A stretch of 54,056 bases of DNA, from NCBI GenBank assembly GCA_026394505.1, contig JAPKYC010000300.1, positions 1-54,056 on the forward strand, read 5' to 3'. Below the pieces are notes generated by a model, which saw only the letters and a program-made list of their open reading frames with translations, was not told the origin of the DNA and ran no database searches. The DNA comes from Methanothrix sp. (GTDB taxonomy: Archaea > Halobacteriota > Methanosarcinia > Methanotrichales > Methanotrichaceae). The translations under genes were made by a program, and so were the position numbers. This document shows, piece by piece, positions 1-9,195 of this stretch (its first letter is position 1; each line of letters begins with the position of its first letter).

Positions 1-2
1 TA

Positions 3-125
3 TTTAGAGAATACTATGATGTAGACACAACAATTTTAGTATGTGAGACAAAATTATACCAAACTTTGGTGGCAATAGGAAGATGTGTGCGATCATGGTC
101 ATTAGAAAAGTTGAAAATCACTTGA
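3..125 (+). CDS. 3' end of an AT-rich ORF entering from outside the window (possibly a transposase tail)
   Basis: Open frame FREYYDVDTT...SLEKLKIT* to TGA 123-125; AT-rich; followed at once by TTTCTAGAAAGTGCCC, which looks like an IS terminus. Confidence 0.3.
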   Translation, partial: FREYYDVDTTILVCETKLYQTLVAIGRCVRSWSLEKLKIT

Positions 126-216
126 TTTCTAGAAAGTGCCCTCTGTCCTTCTGGAAGTATAATCCTTTGCCGGCTTAATGCAAAAAGTGATATATTTTCC
201 AGTCGTTTTCAGGTTA

Positions 217-1155
217 ATGGCTTTAGTCATAGGTCACCGGGCTGCCGCGGCCCTGGCAGCCGAGAACACCCTGGCGGGCATCAGGGCAGCCGCTTTGTGC
301 AAAGCCGACTATGTGGAGTTGGATGTAAGGCTCTCTCGCGACGGCGAACTGGTCTTGATGCATGATGAAAGGGTGGACAGAACCACCAATGGCAAAGGAT
401 TGGTTGAAGATCTCAGCCTGGGGGAGCTAAAAGACCTGAAGATAAGAGGCAGCGACGATCGGTGCATGGAAAGCCAGCGGATTCCAGCGCTAAAAGAGGC
501 CGTATCTCTGGCAGGCGTGCTTGGCCTGGGCCTGGTGGTGGAGATGAAGGAAGAGGGCCTGGAAGGATTGATGGCCGAGGCTCTCTCGGGCAAAAAATGC
601 ATTGTGACCTCCTTTTACCATAGCAGCCTGCGCGAATTATCGGACATCTCCCCACTGAAGACGGGCATCATCATCTCATCGCTGCCCATAAATCCTGTGC
701 AACTGGCCCTTTGGGCAAAAGCAGCAGCTATTTTTCCGAAGCGAGTCAATGCCAGGCTCTTCAAAGAAGCCCATCAGCAGGGGATAACGGTCTACCCCTG
801 GACCGTCAATAGCAAAGAAGAGGCGAGCTGGCTCCTCCGGCTAGGGGCCGATGGACTGGTAACCGATGATCCGTGCTTGATCCGGGAGATAGCCGACCAG
901 CCGGTGCAGGCTACAGGCAAAGATAATTGCCAGTATTATCCCTGCCACCACTTCCCTGATCAGGACTGCACGCACTGCTTCTGCCCCTTATACCCATGCA
1001 AGGATGAAGAGCTTGGCAAGTATGTGAGAACTAAAAAGGGAAAGAGGTTTTGGAGCTGCATCAACTGCCAACTGGTGCACCGCCCCCATGTGGCCGCATA
1101 TCTGGCACAGCACCCGCATGCGACCACATCCGAGCTGAAGGTCCTGCGAGAATGA
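217..1155 (+). CDS. Glycerophosphodiester phosphodiesterase fused to a C-terminal Cys-rich small (Zn-binding) domain
   Basis: IGHRAA, ENT, ELDVRLSRDGELVLMHD, WTVN and GLVTDDP GDPD motifs; C-terminal CQYYPCH...DCTHCFCPLYPC...WSCINC..VH; ATG at 217 preferred over the ORF-track start. Confidence 0.9.
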   Translation: MALVIGHRAAAALAAENTLAGIRAAALCKADYVELDVRLSRDGELVLMHDERVDRTTNGKGLVEDLSLGELKDLKIRGSDDRCMESQRIPALKEAVSLAGVLGLGLVVEMKEEGLEGLMAEALSGKKCIVTSFYHSSLRELSDISPLKTGIIISSLPINPVQLALWAKAAAIFPKRVNARLFKEAHQQGITVYPWTVNSKEEASWLLRLGADGLVTDDPCLIREIADQPVQATGKDNCQYYPCHHFPDQDCTHCFCPLYPCKDEELGKYVRTKKGKRFWSCINCQLVHRPHVAAYLAQHPHATTSELKVLRE

Positions 1156-1239
1156 AATCCATTGCCAATTATCCATTGCCCGGAAAAGGCCTGTACCGAC
1201 GGAAAGCTTTATGGATACCTGAGGGATAATACAAACCTC

Positions 1240-1713
1240 ATGAGACATATCATACTTGTGCTATTTGCTCTGGTAGCTCTGGGTGGGCTATTGCCTGTTA
1301 TTATGGCCCAGCAGCCATCGACAGTTTTAAAGGATGACCTTGCCGCTATGCCGGAACCGGCTGATTCCGCCCTGTTGACCACACCTTCTATGGCCGCTTT
1401 CCTCAATGATAGCTGGGCGCCGACTCCCTTTGTAGCTCCGCTGGCAAGCCAGGCCACTGGGGTGCAGAGGAACATGACCCGCAACAACACGACCCTGGAT
1501 AGCTCTAACTATGCCATTTATGATTTCCTGAATGGTAATTACACCTCATCTGCACCCGCATCTCCAGTTTACACTGCCAGCGCAGCCGGAAAGGATAAGA
1601 CGGTAGCCTGGACAGGCGAGAGCATCTATGAGTTTTTGAATGATGTATGGACTCCTACCACAGCCGTCCAAACATACCCGCAGTCTCCCTATAAGCTGCA
1701 CCAGATGAATTAG
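1240..1713 (+). CDS. Secreted hypothetical protein with three FLN[DG]x[WY] repeats
   Basis: Signal peptide MRHIILVLFALVALGGLLPVIMA; repeats SMAAFLNDSWAP, AIYDFLNGNYTS, SIYEFLNDVWTP; NxS/T sequons. Confidence 0.75.
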   Translation: MRHIILVLFALVALGGLLPVIMAQQPSTVLKDDLAAMPEPADSALLTTPSMAAFLNDSWAPTPFVAPLASQATGVQRNMTRNNTTLDSSNYAIYDFLNGNYTSSAPASPVYTASAAGKDKTVAWTGESIYEFLNDVWTPTTAVQTYPQSPYKLHQMN

Positions 1714-1730
1714 AATCGGATGGCAGGCGC

Positions 1731-1754
1731 TCGTCTGGGCTGCCTGTCAGACGA
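1731..1754. terminator. Possible hairpin between convergent genes
   Basis: TCGTCTG(1731-1737)...CAGACGA(1748-1754) inverted repeat between stops at 1713 and 1758. Confidence 0.3.
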
Positions 1755-1757
1755 ATC

Positions 1758-3506
1758 TTACGCTTTTTTGCCCGTGTACCTCTTGAGATAAAGGCTCACT
1801 ACATCATAAGGAATGGTATGCTTCTCCAACCGGAGATGATTGGCAAGGCCCTCCGCTTCTTTGCTGTAAGAGCCGGCCACCTTTTCGGCGTACTTTATGC
1901 CGTCAGCAGTGAGCATGTATTCGTATCGCTGCAGCCACTGTCCATTCAGCTCATAGTGTCGCTCGTCCTGATAGATCATGCCGTTGGCGACCAAAATCTG
2001 AATGTCTTCGAAGAGCCGCTCGCTGTAGGGAAAGCCATAGTCGGAGTGAAAAGAATAGTCAAAAAGGCCGCATAGGCCAGGCGGGCCCAGATCCTTTATC
2101 CTGGCCACGGTGCGGTAGAGCCAGGTTATGTTTCTGATCCTGGGAACGAGGATCTTCTGGCCGTAAGTCTCGGAAAGCATTTGATGCAGGGAATAAAATA
2201 GCAGCAGTAGCCCGTCGATGGGAAGGTAACTCTCGGAGCGAATAAAGGATAGCAGCCGCAGCGCCTGGCTCCTCACCTCCTCCAGTGATATCTTTGGCCT
2301 ATCGTCCGAGAAGAAGGAGATAGCGATCTGGCGGGTTAAAGACTTGACCAGGCCCGCCGCTAAGGCCGATTCGTCATAAAAAAATCCATTGGCCTCTGTT
2401 CTCATGGATCGAGGCACTCCGCTGCCCACGGTAACATCCACCAATGCCCCGTATTTTTTGCCGAGGGCGTCCTCGAAGAGCTTTCTCATGCGCCCGTGGC
2501 GGGAAACCGTGGAGAGAGCCATTCTGATATCCGGCGACAGAGACCTGTGGTCAAACCTGGCCGCCAGGGGAAAAACTCTTCCATATTTTATGCGCGCCAG
2601 AAGATCTCGGGAGGTGCTGTCCCCCTTCTGCCGGATGAAATCCAGAAGATCGGGGTCCGTATACTCCCGGAAGAATAGAACAATGCTGCTTTCGGCCTCA
2701 TTTGCATCCATCCGGCTCAGGGCGCGCTCCAATGCGGCCAGCAGCATGGCCCGGATGGATTGAACGGCTGGATGGTAGATGAGTGCATTATAGTGATGGG
2801 CCCTTGCAATGAGCATCGACTCGGCCGCGGTCTGGGACATCTCGGCCCGATAGTCGCCCTGCCCCGCCAGCACAATGCGATCATTGCTAATGGTGAGGGC
2901 CTGCAGGATCTGATCGGTATCCACGAGGCCCAGGGAGACGCCCGAGTGGTGCGAATCGCGCAGAAGAAAGTCAATTCTGTCTGCATCCAGATCGCCCACG
3001 ATGATCTGGCCCAGCGGAGCCCTTGCCCCTGAAGCTATGTCCGCGACCTCTCGAAATAATTCGTCGGCATCGCCAAAATCTCTCTTGGCAACCTGCAAGG
3101 CCTCCTCTCCGAAGGGATGAGCCGCTATGATCTGGCGGGTGAACTCCTCATGTCTGGAAACACGCCTGCCTGCCAGAGTGGGCTGTATGTCCGGGTTTCG
3201 GCTGAGAACGCCTTCCACGGCATGGGAGAGGGCCGAGTGCCCCAGATCGTGCAAAAGCCCGGCGAGGCGCACTTTTCGCACCTCTTCCAGAGAGAGGCCT
3301 AAGTGCTCGGCCATCCGTCCGGCCATGTACATGGTTCCCAGAGAATGCTCAAACCTGCTATGGCTGGCTCCGGGATAGACCGTCTCCACCAGACCCAGTT
3401 GCTTAATTCCCTTCAGCCGCTGCATCGGCCGGGACAGGATAAGATGCCCCTCCAGCTCATCTATCCGGATTGCCCCATGAACGGGGTCGCGAAGAGTGTC
3501 AAGCAT
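1758..3506 (-). CDS. HD-domain phosphohydrolase (SAMHD1/YwfO-like dNTPase) with a C-terminal YwgA-like winged-helix domain
   Basis: RDPVHG, QRLKGIKQLG, HSRFEHSLG, LLHDLGH..LSH, DADRIDFLLRDS; C-terminal YSFHSDYGFPYSERL...RYEYMLTADG. Confidence 0.9.
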   Translation of the reverse strand: MLDTLRDPVHGAIRIDELEGHLILSRPMQRLKGIKQLGLVETVYPGASHSRFEHSLGTMYMAGRMAEHLGLSLEEVRKVRLAGLLHDLGHSALSHAVEGVLSRNPDIQPTLAGRRVSRHEEFTRQIIAAHPFGEEALQVAKRDFGDADELFREVADIASGARAPLGQIIVGDLDADRIDFLLRDSHHSGVSLGLVDTDQILQALTISNDRIVLAGQGDYRAEMSQTAAESMLIARAHHYNALIYHPAVQSIRAMLLAALERALSRMDANEAESSIVLFFREYTDPDLLDFIRQKGDSTSRDLLARIKYGRVFPLAARFDHRSLSPDIRMALSTVSRHGRMRKLFEDALGKKYGALVDVTVGSGVPRSMRTEANGFFYDESALAAGLVKSLTRQIAISFFSDDRPKISLEEVRSQALRLLSFIRSESYLPIDGLLLLFYSLHQMLSETYGQKILVPRIRNITWLYRTVARIKDLGPPGLCGLFDYSFHSDYGFPYSERLFEDIQILVANGMIYQDERHYELNGQWLQRYEYMLTADGIKYAEKVAGSYSKEAEGLANHLRLEKHTIPYDVVSLYLKRYTGKKA

Positions 3507-3508
3507 AC

Positions 3509-3907
3509 CTATTTTGAAGCCAGCTTCATTATAGCTGCCGCCAGGTCTCCTTTAGCCTCCTGCAGGGCAGCTTTCACCTCCGGCAAATTCGCGCCCGTTT
3601 GAGATGCTACCAGTTGCACGTCCGAGTCCGGGATCTCAATGGGGGGCTCTTCTGCCGTCTCCTGGCCCGCGCTGGATGCGGCGCGCTCAGCAGCATCCCC
3701 TGATATCTGGTAGCTTCGTGTGCCGTGGGAATCCATGATCGCGACAGAGGGATTGGTTATGACAATCTCCTTGTCGGGCATGCGAATGATGACCTCGGAG
3801 ACGTTCTCAAGCTCATCGATATCAATGCCCATGTTCTTTAGCATGCCTTTCATCTTCTTGGGGCTCATGCCGCCCCTTCCGCCTAATCCTCCTAGTCCTG
3901 GAAACAT
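3509..3907 (-). CDS. nac: Archaeal nascent polypeptide-associated complex protein
   Basis: MSPKKMKGMLKNMGI, V.EVIIR, and C-terminal UBA-like DVQLVASQTG...ALQEAKGDLAAAIMKL. Confidence 0.95.
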   Translation of the reverse strand: MFPGLGGLGGRGGMSPKKMKGMLKNMGIDIDELENVSEVIIRMPDKEIVITNPSVAIMDSHGTRSYQISGDAAERAASSAGQETAEEPPIEIPDSDVQLVASQTGANLPEVKAALQEAKGDLAAAIMKLASK

Positions 3908-4045
3908 ATTATCACCATTTTCTCAGAGGTGATTTATGTAGGTAAAGATATCTGTCAGATAATGATCCCAACCTTTGCCGGCTTAGCGCAGACCTGGTGA
4001 AGACCGACCGGTGGTCCGACGAGGAATTTATTAGGGTGCAGGAAA

Positions 4046-4407
4046 ATGAGAATGACAGAAGCGGAACGGAAAAAGCTGCTGGCCAGTCTTCATCATTTTT
4101 TGGTATGGGTAGGTGTGAAAGAACCGGAGGAGCTGCAGATCGATGGCAATGGTCTATTGAGCGAGATGGAAAAGCTCCATCAGACGGAAAAGGATCTGCC
4201 TCCTGAAATTCATGCCGGGCAGGGCAGAGTAGAGCAAAACAGGCAATAGAGATTCACGATGAAGCTGCAAGTATAATTAGAACGCTTCTGGACCTCAAGG
4301 ATCTCCTGAAGAAGAGAGAACACGGCATTGAGACTGAGGACGGCGCGGAGGACTTGGTCCGGCGAAAGGTCGATGAGGCGAAGAGGCGGAACAAGTTCAT
4401 GGATTAA
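4046..4407 (+). pseudogene. Frameshifted, internally deleted DUF5788-like gene
   Basis: The frame MTEAERKKLLASLHHFLVWVG.. stops at TAG 4247-4249; the -1 frame continues KQAIEIHDEAASIIRTLLDLKDLL...VDEAKRRNKFMD* (TAA 4405-4407), resembling the family C-terminus as I recall it. Confidence 0.6.
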
Positions 4408-4471
4408 TCGTATATGGTCGCAAAGCCCAAGGGGTAGAGATATTTACCCCTTCGTGAAAGAAAGGCTCTTA

Positions 4472-5146
4472 ATGAAACTTGCAATTACCATTATCACGGT
4501 GCTGGCGGCGATATTCGTTCTGCCGGCGATGGGAGAATCGGCGCAGTTCTGGTACGATCAGGCAAATGGGTACTACATCTCGGGTGACTATGAAAAAGCG
4601 GCTGCAAGCTATGATAAAGCCCTGGAGCTGGTGCCGAACAGCACCGTCATGTGGAATTTTAAGGGAAAAGTTCTGAGCATGCTGAGCCGCTATGAGGACG
4701 CCATCTCTTGTTTTGAGAAATCTCTTGCCATCAACTCCGCCAATCCCGAGTCTATGAACCTGAAAGCCATTGCCCTCTCCCAGGGATTAAATAAAAACAG
4801 TGAGGCCATTGCCATCTTCGACCAGATCCTGCAGGCAAATGCCTCATATTTCGATGCCTGGATAGGAAAAGGCATGGCCCTGGGCAATGAAGGCAACCTT
4901 TACAGCTCCCTGGAATGCTTTGAAAAAGCCACCCAAATAAAGCCCCAAGATCCTACCGGCTGGAATAATAAAGGAGTCGTCCTGCGGGAAATGGGAAGAT
5001 ATCAGGATGCTTTGACCTGTTTCAACAATGCTCTCACCATTGACTCCTCTTATGAACCTGCCCGGCAGAACCGAGAGTTAACCCTGCAAGACATAGATCA
5101 GAACCCTCAGGCCGACCCAAGCCAGAGCACGCAGGATATGTTGTAA
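4472..5146 (+). CDS. Secreted tetratricopeptide repeat protein
   Basis: Signal peptide MKLAITIITVLAAIFVLPAMG; about 5 TPRs (AWxxKG..L...G.Y..A..CF..A..I.P). Confidence 0.9.
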   Translation: MKLAITIITVLAAIFVLPAMGESAQFWYDQANGYYISGDYEKAAASYDKALELVPNSTVMWNFKGKVLSMLSRYEDAISCFEKSLAINSANPESMNLKAIALSQGLNKNSEAIAIFDQILQANASYFDAWIGKGMALGNEGNLYSSLECFEKATQIKPQDPTGWNNKGVVLREMGRYQDALTCFNNALTIDSSYEPARQNRELTLQDIDQNPQADPSQSTQDML

Positions 5147-5247
5147 GCCGGCAAAATTATATTTTTTGGCTACCTCTATTATTTCATGAAATCAGGCAAT
5201 AGCTTAAAATAAATGTTCGACAATCATCGATCTGAGGTGATGGATAA

Positions 5248-5739
5248 GTGATCCGTCTGATGATCATGGCAATGATTCTGATTTCCGGGGTGCAAGGGAT
5301 GCCCCTGGACTATGCCGGGGCCATGAACAACGCCGGCCAAAAGGATATCCTCACTGTTAAAAATTATGATACCGGCGCATCATTGACCGAATCTTACACT
5401 GACATCGAGCACCTGGAGCGAAATACAGAGGTCAATAGCAGAGCTTATGGGACGGGATCTGCTGCATCTGATGGGAATGGGCCAGATGCCGGCAGCCCGG
5501 CAAACGGGGCCGGTAGCCCGGCAGGCGGGCTTGAGGCCAGCATCTACTCTAATGTCATAGGCAAGGCCCACATTGCCTGGCAATCTTTCGATCCGAGTGT
5601 CTCCAGCAAAGGCCGTCATCAGCTCTTGGGCCGCAGCGTGGAGGATCTGACCGGAGTATTCTCCATTGAGAAGTTCATACAACTGTGGTCCGGCAGCCGT
5701 CCTGGGGAGATAAGCGTGGACTGGCTGCCCTGCTCTTGA
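5248..5739 (+). CDS. Secreted hypothetical protein
   Basis: GAGGTGA RBS upstream; signal peptide; C-terminal RSVEDLTGVFSIEKFIQLW motif. Confidence 0.7.
   Translation: MIRLMIMAMILISGVQGMPLDYAGAMNNAGQKDILTVKNYDTGASLTESYTDIEHLERNTEVNSRAYGTGSAASDGNGPDAGSPANGAGSPAGGLEASIYSNVIGKAHIAWQSFDPSVSSKGRHQLLGRSVEDLTGVFSIEKFIQLWSGSRPGEISVDWLPCS
5488..5529 (+). repeat. 21-bp tandem duplication (AGSPANG/AGSPAGG)
   Basis: gccggcagcccggcaaacggg followed by gccggtagcccggcaggcggg (3 mismatches), in frame. Confidence 0.75.
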
Positions 5740-5815
5740 ACCAGAACAAACTTAAAAAAGAAAGTTATTAATAGCCCGCCGATGAACCATTGGTGTACCA
5801 GGGGGATTTTTGGTT

Positions 5816-6292
5816 ATGGAGGTTCTGATTAAGAGATCGGCGCGACGCAGGAAGACCATCCAGGCCAGAATGGTGGGGGGAAAGATGGAGGTTCTGGCAC
5901 CCGCCTCTATCTCAGACGCCGTTTTGCAGGGTCACATAGAAAAACTGCGCACTCGACTGGAGAAGCGGGTCTACCCAAAGGATGACGCCCATCTGCATGA
6001 AAGGGCCAGCCTTCTAAACAGCAGATACTTTCAAGGGTTTCTGACCTGGAACAGCATCCAGTACTCCGGAAATCAGGAGCGCAGGCGCGGGTCCTGCAAC
6101 TGTACCGCCCGGACCATTCGCATCAGCAGCAAGCTGGCCAGTCTTCCTCAGTGGGTTGAAGATTATGTGATTGTGCACGAGCTTGCCCACCTTCTTGAGC
6201 CCAACCACGGCAAGAGGTTCAAGGCACTGGTGCATAGATACACTCTGGCGGAAAGAGCCATTGGATTTCTCATAGCAATTGAGACTATGTAA
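5816..6292 (+). CDS. YgjP/DUF45-like zinc metallohydrolase (M48-like)
   Basis: RSARRRKTI N-terminus, RGSC, DYVIVHELAHLLEPNHGKRF (HExxH...H). Confidence 0.9.
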   Translation: MEVLIKRSARRRKTIQARMVGGKMEVLAPASISDAVLQGHIEKLRTRLEKRVYPKDDAHLHERASLLNSRYFQGFLTWNSIQYSGNQERRRGSCNCTARTIRISSKLASLPQWVEDYVIVHELAHLLEPNHGKRFKALVHRYTLAERAIGFLIAIETM

Positions 6293-6339
6293 CCAATTCC
6301 ATTACCCGTCCGACAGGGAAAAATCTCGCGCCAAAAAAG

Positions 6340-7452
6340 TTACGCTTCCGCCTCTCCCATCAGCCTGTCCACCAGCCACTCTGGCTCGAACTTCACCAGA
6401 TCGGGATAGGTCTGGCCTATGCCCATAAAGAGCACGGGCTTGCCGGTGATGTAGGCGATGGAGATCGCAGAGCCGCCCTTGGCGTCGGCATCCGTCTTTG
6501 TAAGAATGGTGCCGTCGATGGGCACCGACTCATTGAAGAGGCGCGCCCGCTCCACGGCATCATTGCCGGCTATTGCTTCATCTACGAAGATGAGCAGATC
6601 GGGCTTGGTCACGCGTACGATCTTTCTCATCTGGTCCATGAGATTGATATTGGTGTGAAGCCTTCCCGCCGTATCCGCCAGCACCACATCCTTGTTGTGC
6701 GCCCTGGCATATTCGATGGCGTCAAAGATCACAGCCGCCGGATCGCCGCCCGTCTTGTGCTTGACGACTTTCAGGCCCAGGTTGTTGCCGTGCACCTCCA
6801 GTTGCTCAATGGCACCGGCTCGGAAGGTATCGCCTGCGGCCAGGACCACAGAGTAGCTCTGGTTCATCAGATACCTGGCCACCTTGGCGATGCTGGTCGT
6901 CTTTCCCGTGCCGTTCACACCTACGAAAAGAATCTTGACGGGCTTTTCTTTGCTCTTGATGTATTCGTCAAAGTCCAGATAATTCCTGGAAAGAATCGTT
7001 AAAAGAGCATTTCGCAGCGACTGCTCGGCGATGGCGCCTGTGTCCGCGCCGATTTTTCTCTTCTTTCCCACCAGATCGCCCTTAACCTCTCTGATGATCT
7101 CTTCCGCCACGGGCAGGGCCACGTCGCTTTCCATAAGGGCCATCTCCAGGGCCCACATGGGCTCTTCAAGATCCTTTTCTTCCAGGATTACTTCCTGCTC
7201 AAATATCAGGCTCTGGGCCTTTTCCAGGAAGGTGAATCGGCTCTTAGGCTTGTTGTCGGCAACACCATGGGGAGGATTTACGGGGGAAGCACCGGATAGA
7301 GAAGCGCTGATTGCTTTGCAATCGGCTTCCAGGCCCTTTCCACTCTCCGCGGGCGTTTCACCTTTCTTCTCGGCTAAGGAGACCTTCTCGGCAATTTTGG
7401 AGGACAGAGCCTCTTTGAAGCCGGAGAGCTTCTCTTTGAAGCGACTAAACAA
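6340..7452 (-). CDS. ftsY: Signal recognition particle receptor FtsY
   Basis: GVNGTGKTT, DTFRAGA, DTAGR, TKTDADAKGG, GIGQTYPDL; TTG start at 7452 overlapping the pfdA stop. Confidence 0.97.
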   Translation of the reverse strand: MFSRFKEKLSGFKEALSSKIAEKVSLAEKKGETPAESGKGLEADCKAISASLSGASPVNPPHGVADNKPKSRFTFLEKAQSLIFEQEVILEEKDLEEPMWALEMALMESDVALPVAEEIIREVKGDLVGKKRKIGADTGAIAEQSLRNALLTILSRNYLDFDEYIKSKEKPVKILFVGVNGTGKTTSIAKVARYLMNQSYSVVLAAGDTFRAGAIEQLEVHGNNLGLKVVKHKTGGDPAAVIFDAIEYARAHNKDVVLADTAGRLHTNINLMDQMRKIVRVTKPDLLIFVDEAIAGNDAVERARLFNESVPIDGTILTKTDADAKGGSAISIAYITGKPVLFMGIGQTYPDLVKFEPEWLVDRLMGEAEA

Positions 7453-7909
7453 CCCCTTCGCTCCCTGGGCCATGCTGATGCTGCGCTGCGCTCGCTTCAA
7501 ATTGCTGCATTATGGCCTGGATCTTCTGCATCTCTTGATCGATCTTGGCAAGAACAACATTAAGCTTTTTAGATCCCTCAAGAACTTCCGCTTTCCTAAC
7601 CTTCAGAATATCCTTAGCCTCGGCTGCGGTCTTTTCAATGCTCACGCCCGCGCCCACATTCAAAACTACTATCTCCTTAGAGGCGAGGCTTCCGTGAATG
7701 AAAGATCCAGATCCGATGGGAACGAGAATCTCCTGTCCGACCTGTGCCGTGTCCAGGGCCTCTACGGCAACCAGTGCCCTCTCCAGGCCCTCAGCCGTGA
7801 TCTGTGTCAGACTGAGCTGCTGCATGATGCCGTCCGCCTGGGCCTGATACTGCTGATATGCGGCCAGGAGCCTTCTGACCTCTTCCTCGCCTCCAGGAGC
7901 GCTACTCAA
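7445..7909 (-). CDS. pfdA: Prefoldin alpha subunit
   Basis: Coiled coil - EILVPIGSGSF - VVLNVGAGVSIEKT - coiled coil; conserved position between L18Ae and ftsY. Confidence 0.95.
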   Translation of the reverse strand: MSSAPGGEEEVRRLLAAYQQYQAQADGIMQQLSLTQITAEGLERALVAVEALDTAQVGQEILVPIGSGSFIHGSLASKEIVVLNVGAGVSIEKTAAEAKDILKVRKAEVLEGSKKLNVVLAKIDQEMQKIQAIMQQFEASAAQHQHGPGSEGVV

Positions 7910-8090
7910 CAGCCAACACCTCGTCTATCTTGATGAGGTTCCTCTTCAGGCCGTGTTCGCTTCCCATGAGGGAATAGACTTTATTTACGGCATTTTTCTC
8001 GTTCTGGCTCTCTACAACCTTGCAAAAGGGCAGCCAGGTCTTGCCGACAAGTCCTCCCTTGTACTTTCCTTTGATCTCGAAATTGCTCAC
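7902..8090 (-). CDS. rpl18a: 50S ribosomal protein L18Ae (LX)
   Basis: F.K...S.NE..A...VYSLMGSEHGLKRNLIKI; synteny. Confidence 0.93.
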   Translation of the reverse strand: MSNFEIKGKYKGGLVGKTWLPFCKVVESQNEKNAVNKVYSLMGSEHGLKRNLIKIDEVLAVE

Positions 8091-8118
8091 TATTCCACCC
8101 CTACTATATTAAACAATA

Positions 8119-8784
8119 TTAAACCAGGAAACCCAGTGCGTCCTCGATGCGCCCCAGTTCTGGGCCAGAGGTCCCAATTCCGGCGAAGTAACCATGGCTG
8201 TTGGCCAGCACTCCTGAGCCCACCAGCGGCGAGCCGAGGTTCACTGTGCCCACGTCCAAAGGCAGCTCGAAGAGCCCCTCTAAGACGGCTATCTCCTCCA
8301 CGGAGATGCGCGGGTGCACGAGGAGACCCCGATTGGTTGCCACGCCCGCCATTCCCACGGTCTTCAGGCCACCGATGGTGCCTTTCTCCACCTTCACGCC
8401 TAAAGTCTGCTCTACCGTCTCGCAGGCCTTGATAGACAGCCCCGGATGGACCAGGGCAGCGCTGTCGTTGACCAAAATCACATTGCCCGCGGCATTGATC
8501 CTGGCCGGCAGTCTTGCGACCCGGCCGTGTTCGCGAAGAATATCGAGCTCTTCATTTCCGGCATGATGGGTAACCACGAAGCCATTGCTGTTGGCGGCAA
8601 CCAGAGACCCCAGGACGGAGCCTACTCCGGCCAGCACCTGCACGATCGGCACTTTCAGCCCGGCCTCTAGAATCAGCTGGTCCGCTTCGCCAACTTCCAG
8701 CGGCACGAGTACAACCTTCTCCGTGCATCTGGCAAATACTCCGAGAAGGCTGCTTCCTGCTATCTTCAATCGCTTATCTGTCAC
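8119..8784 (-). CDS. eif6: Translation initiation factor 6 (aIF6)
   Basis: GSLVAANSNG, AGNVILVND..ALVHP, GTVNLGSPLVGSG..ANS, TSGPELGRIEDALG; probable GTG start at 8784. Confidence 0.96.
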   Translation of the reverse strand: MTDKRLKIAGSSLLGVFARCTEKVVLVPLEVGEADQLILEAGLKVPIVQVLAGVGSVLGSLVAANSNGFVVTHHAGNEELDILREHGRVARLPARINAAGNVILVNDSAALVHPGLSIKACETVEQTLGVKVEKGTIGGLKTVGMAGVATNRGLLVHPRISVEEIAVLEGLFELPLDVGTVNLGSPLVGSGVLANSHGYFAGIGTSGPELGRIEDALGFLV

Positions 8785-9040
8785 CAGCAAACTCCGCCTC
8801 AACCCCGCCGTCTTCGAACTTGACAGCGCGCACCCTTACGCGCCGGGGAGGCTTCATATCGCCTCTGGCCCAGATGACTTCGCTCAGGCCGGGGTCGATC
8901 TTTATATTATTCTTTGCCACCTTCATATGCCGGGCGAGGTAGGTTCTAATCTCGGTTATGGCCCGGTTGGACCTTCTGTAAATGGGAGCGCATTTGACTA
9001 TACCCAGGGGTATGGTGTAAACTCTTTCTGTGTCCGCCAT
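8774..9040 (-). CDS. rpl31e: 50S ribosomal protein L31e
   Basis: ERVYTIPL, RAITEIRTYLARHMK, IWARG..KPPRRVRV. Confidence 0.96.
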   Translation of the reverse strand: MADTERVYTIPLGIVKCAPIYRRSNRAITEIRTYLARHMKVAKNNIKIDPGLSEVIWARGDMKPPRRVRVRAVKFEDGGVEAEFAGDR

Positions 9041-9042
9041 GT

Positions 9043-9195
9043 CTATCTCTCTAAGCTGCTTCTTCTCCAATGTCGTCTCTTGGGATGAGTAACTACCTGC
9101 CTCATGGTCTTGACAATGACCCAGGAGGGTACCCTACGATTCTGATTGAACGCCTTGGCAAGCCTGATCTTCTTGCCCTTTAATTTCTTGGACAA
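9043..9195 (-). CDS. rpl39e: 50S ribosomal protein L39e
   Basis: [23 protein letters not shown]...[12 protein letters not shown]; TTG start. Confidence 0.96.
   Translation of the reverse strand: MSKKLKGKKIRLAKAFNQNRRVPSWVIVKTMRQVVTHPKRRHWRRSSLER

Noticed and set aside
4247-4249. Pyrrolysine read-through of the TAG
   Set aside because: The plausible continuation is in a different frame, so read-through would not restore the protein
7031-7933. 300-aa plus-strand ORF
   Set aside because: Antisense shadow of ftsY/pfdA with no recognisable motifs
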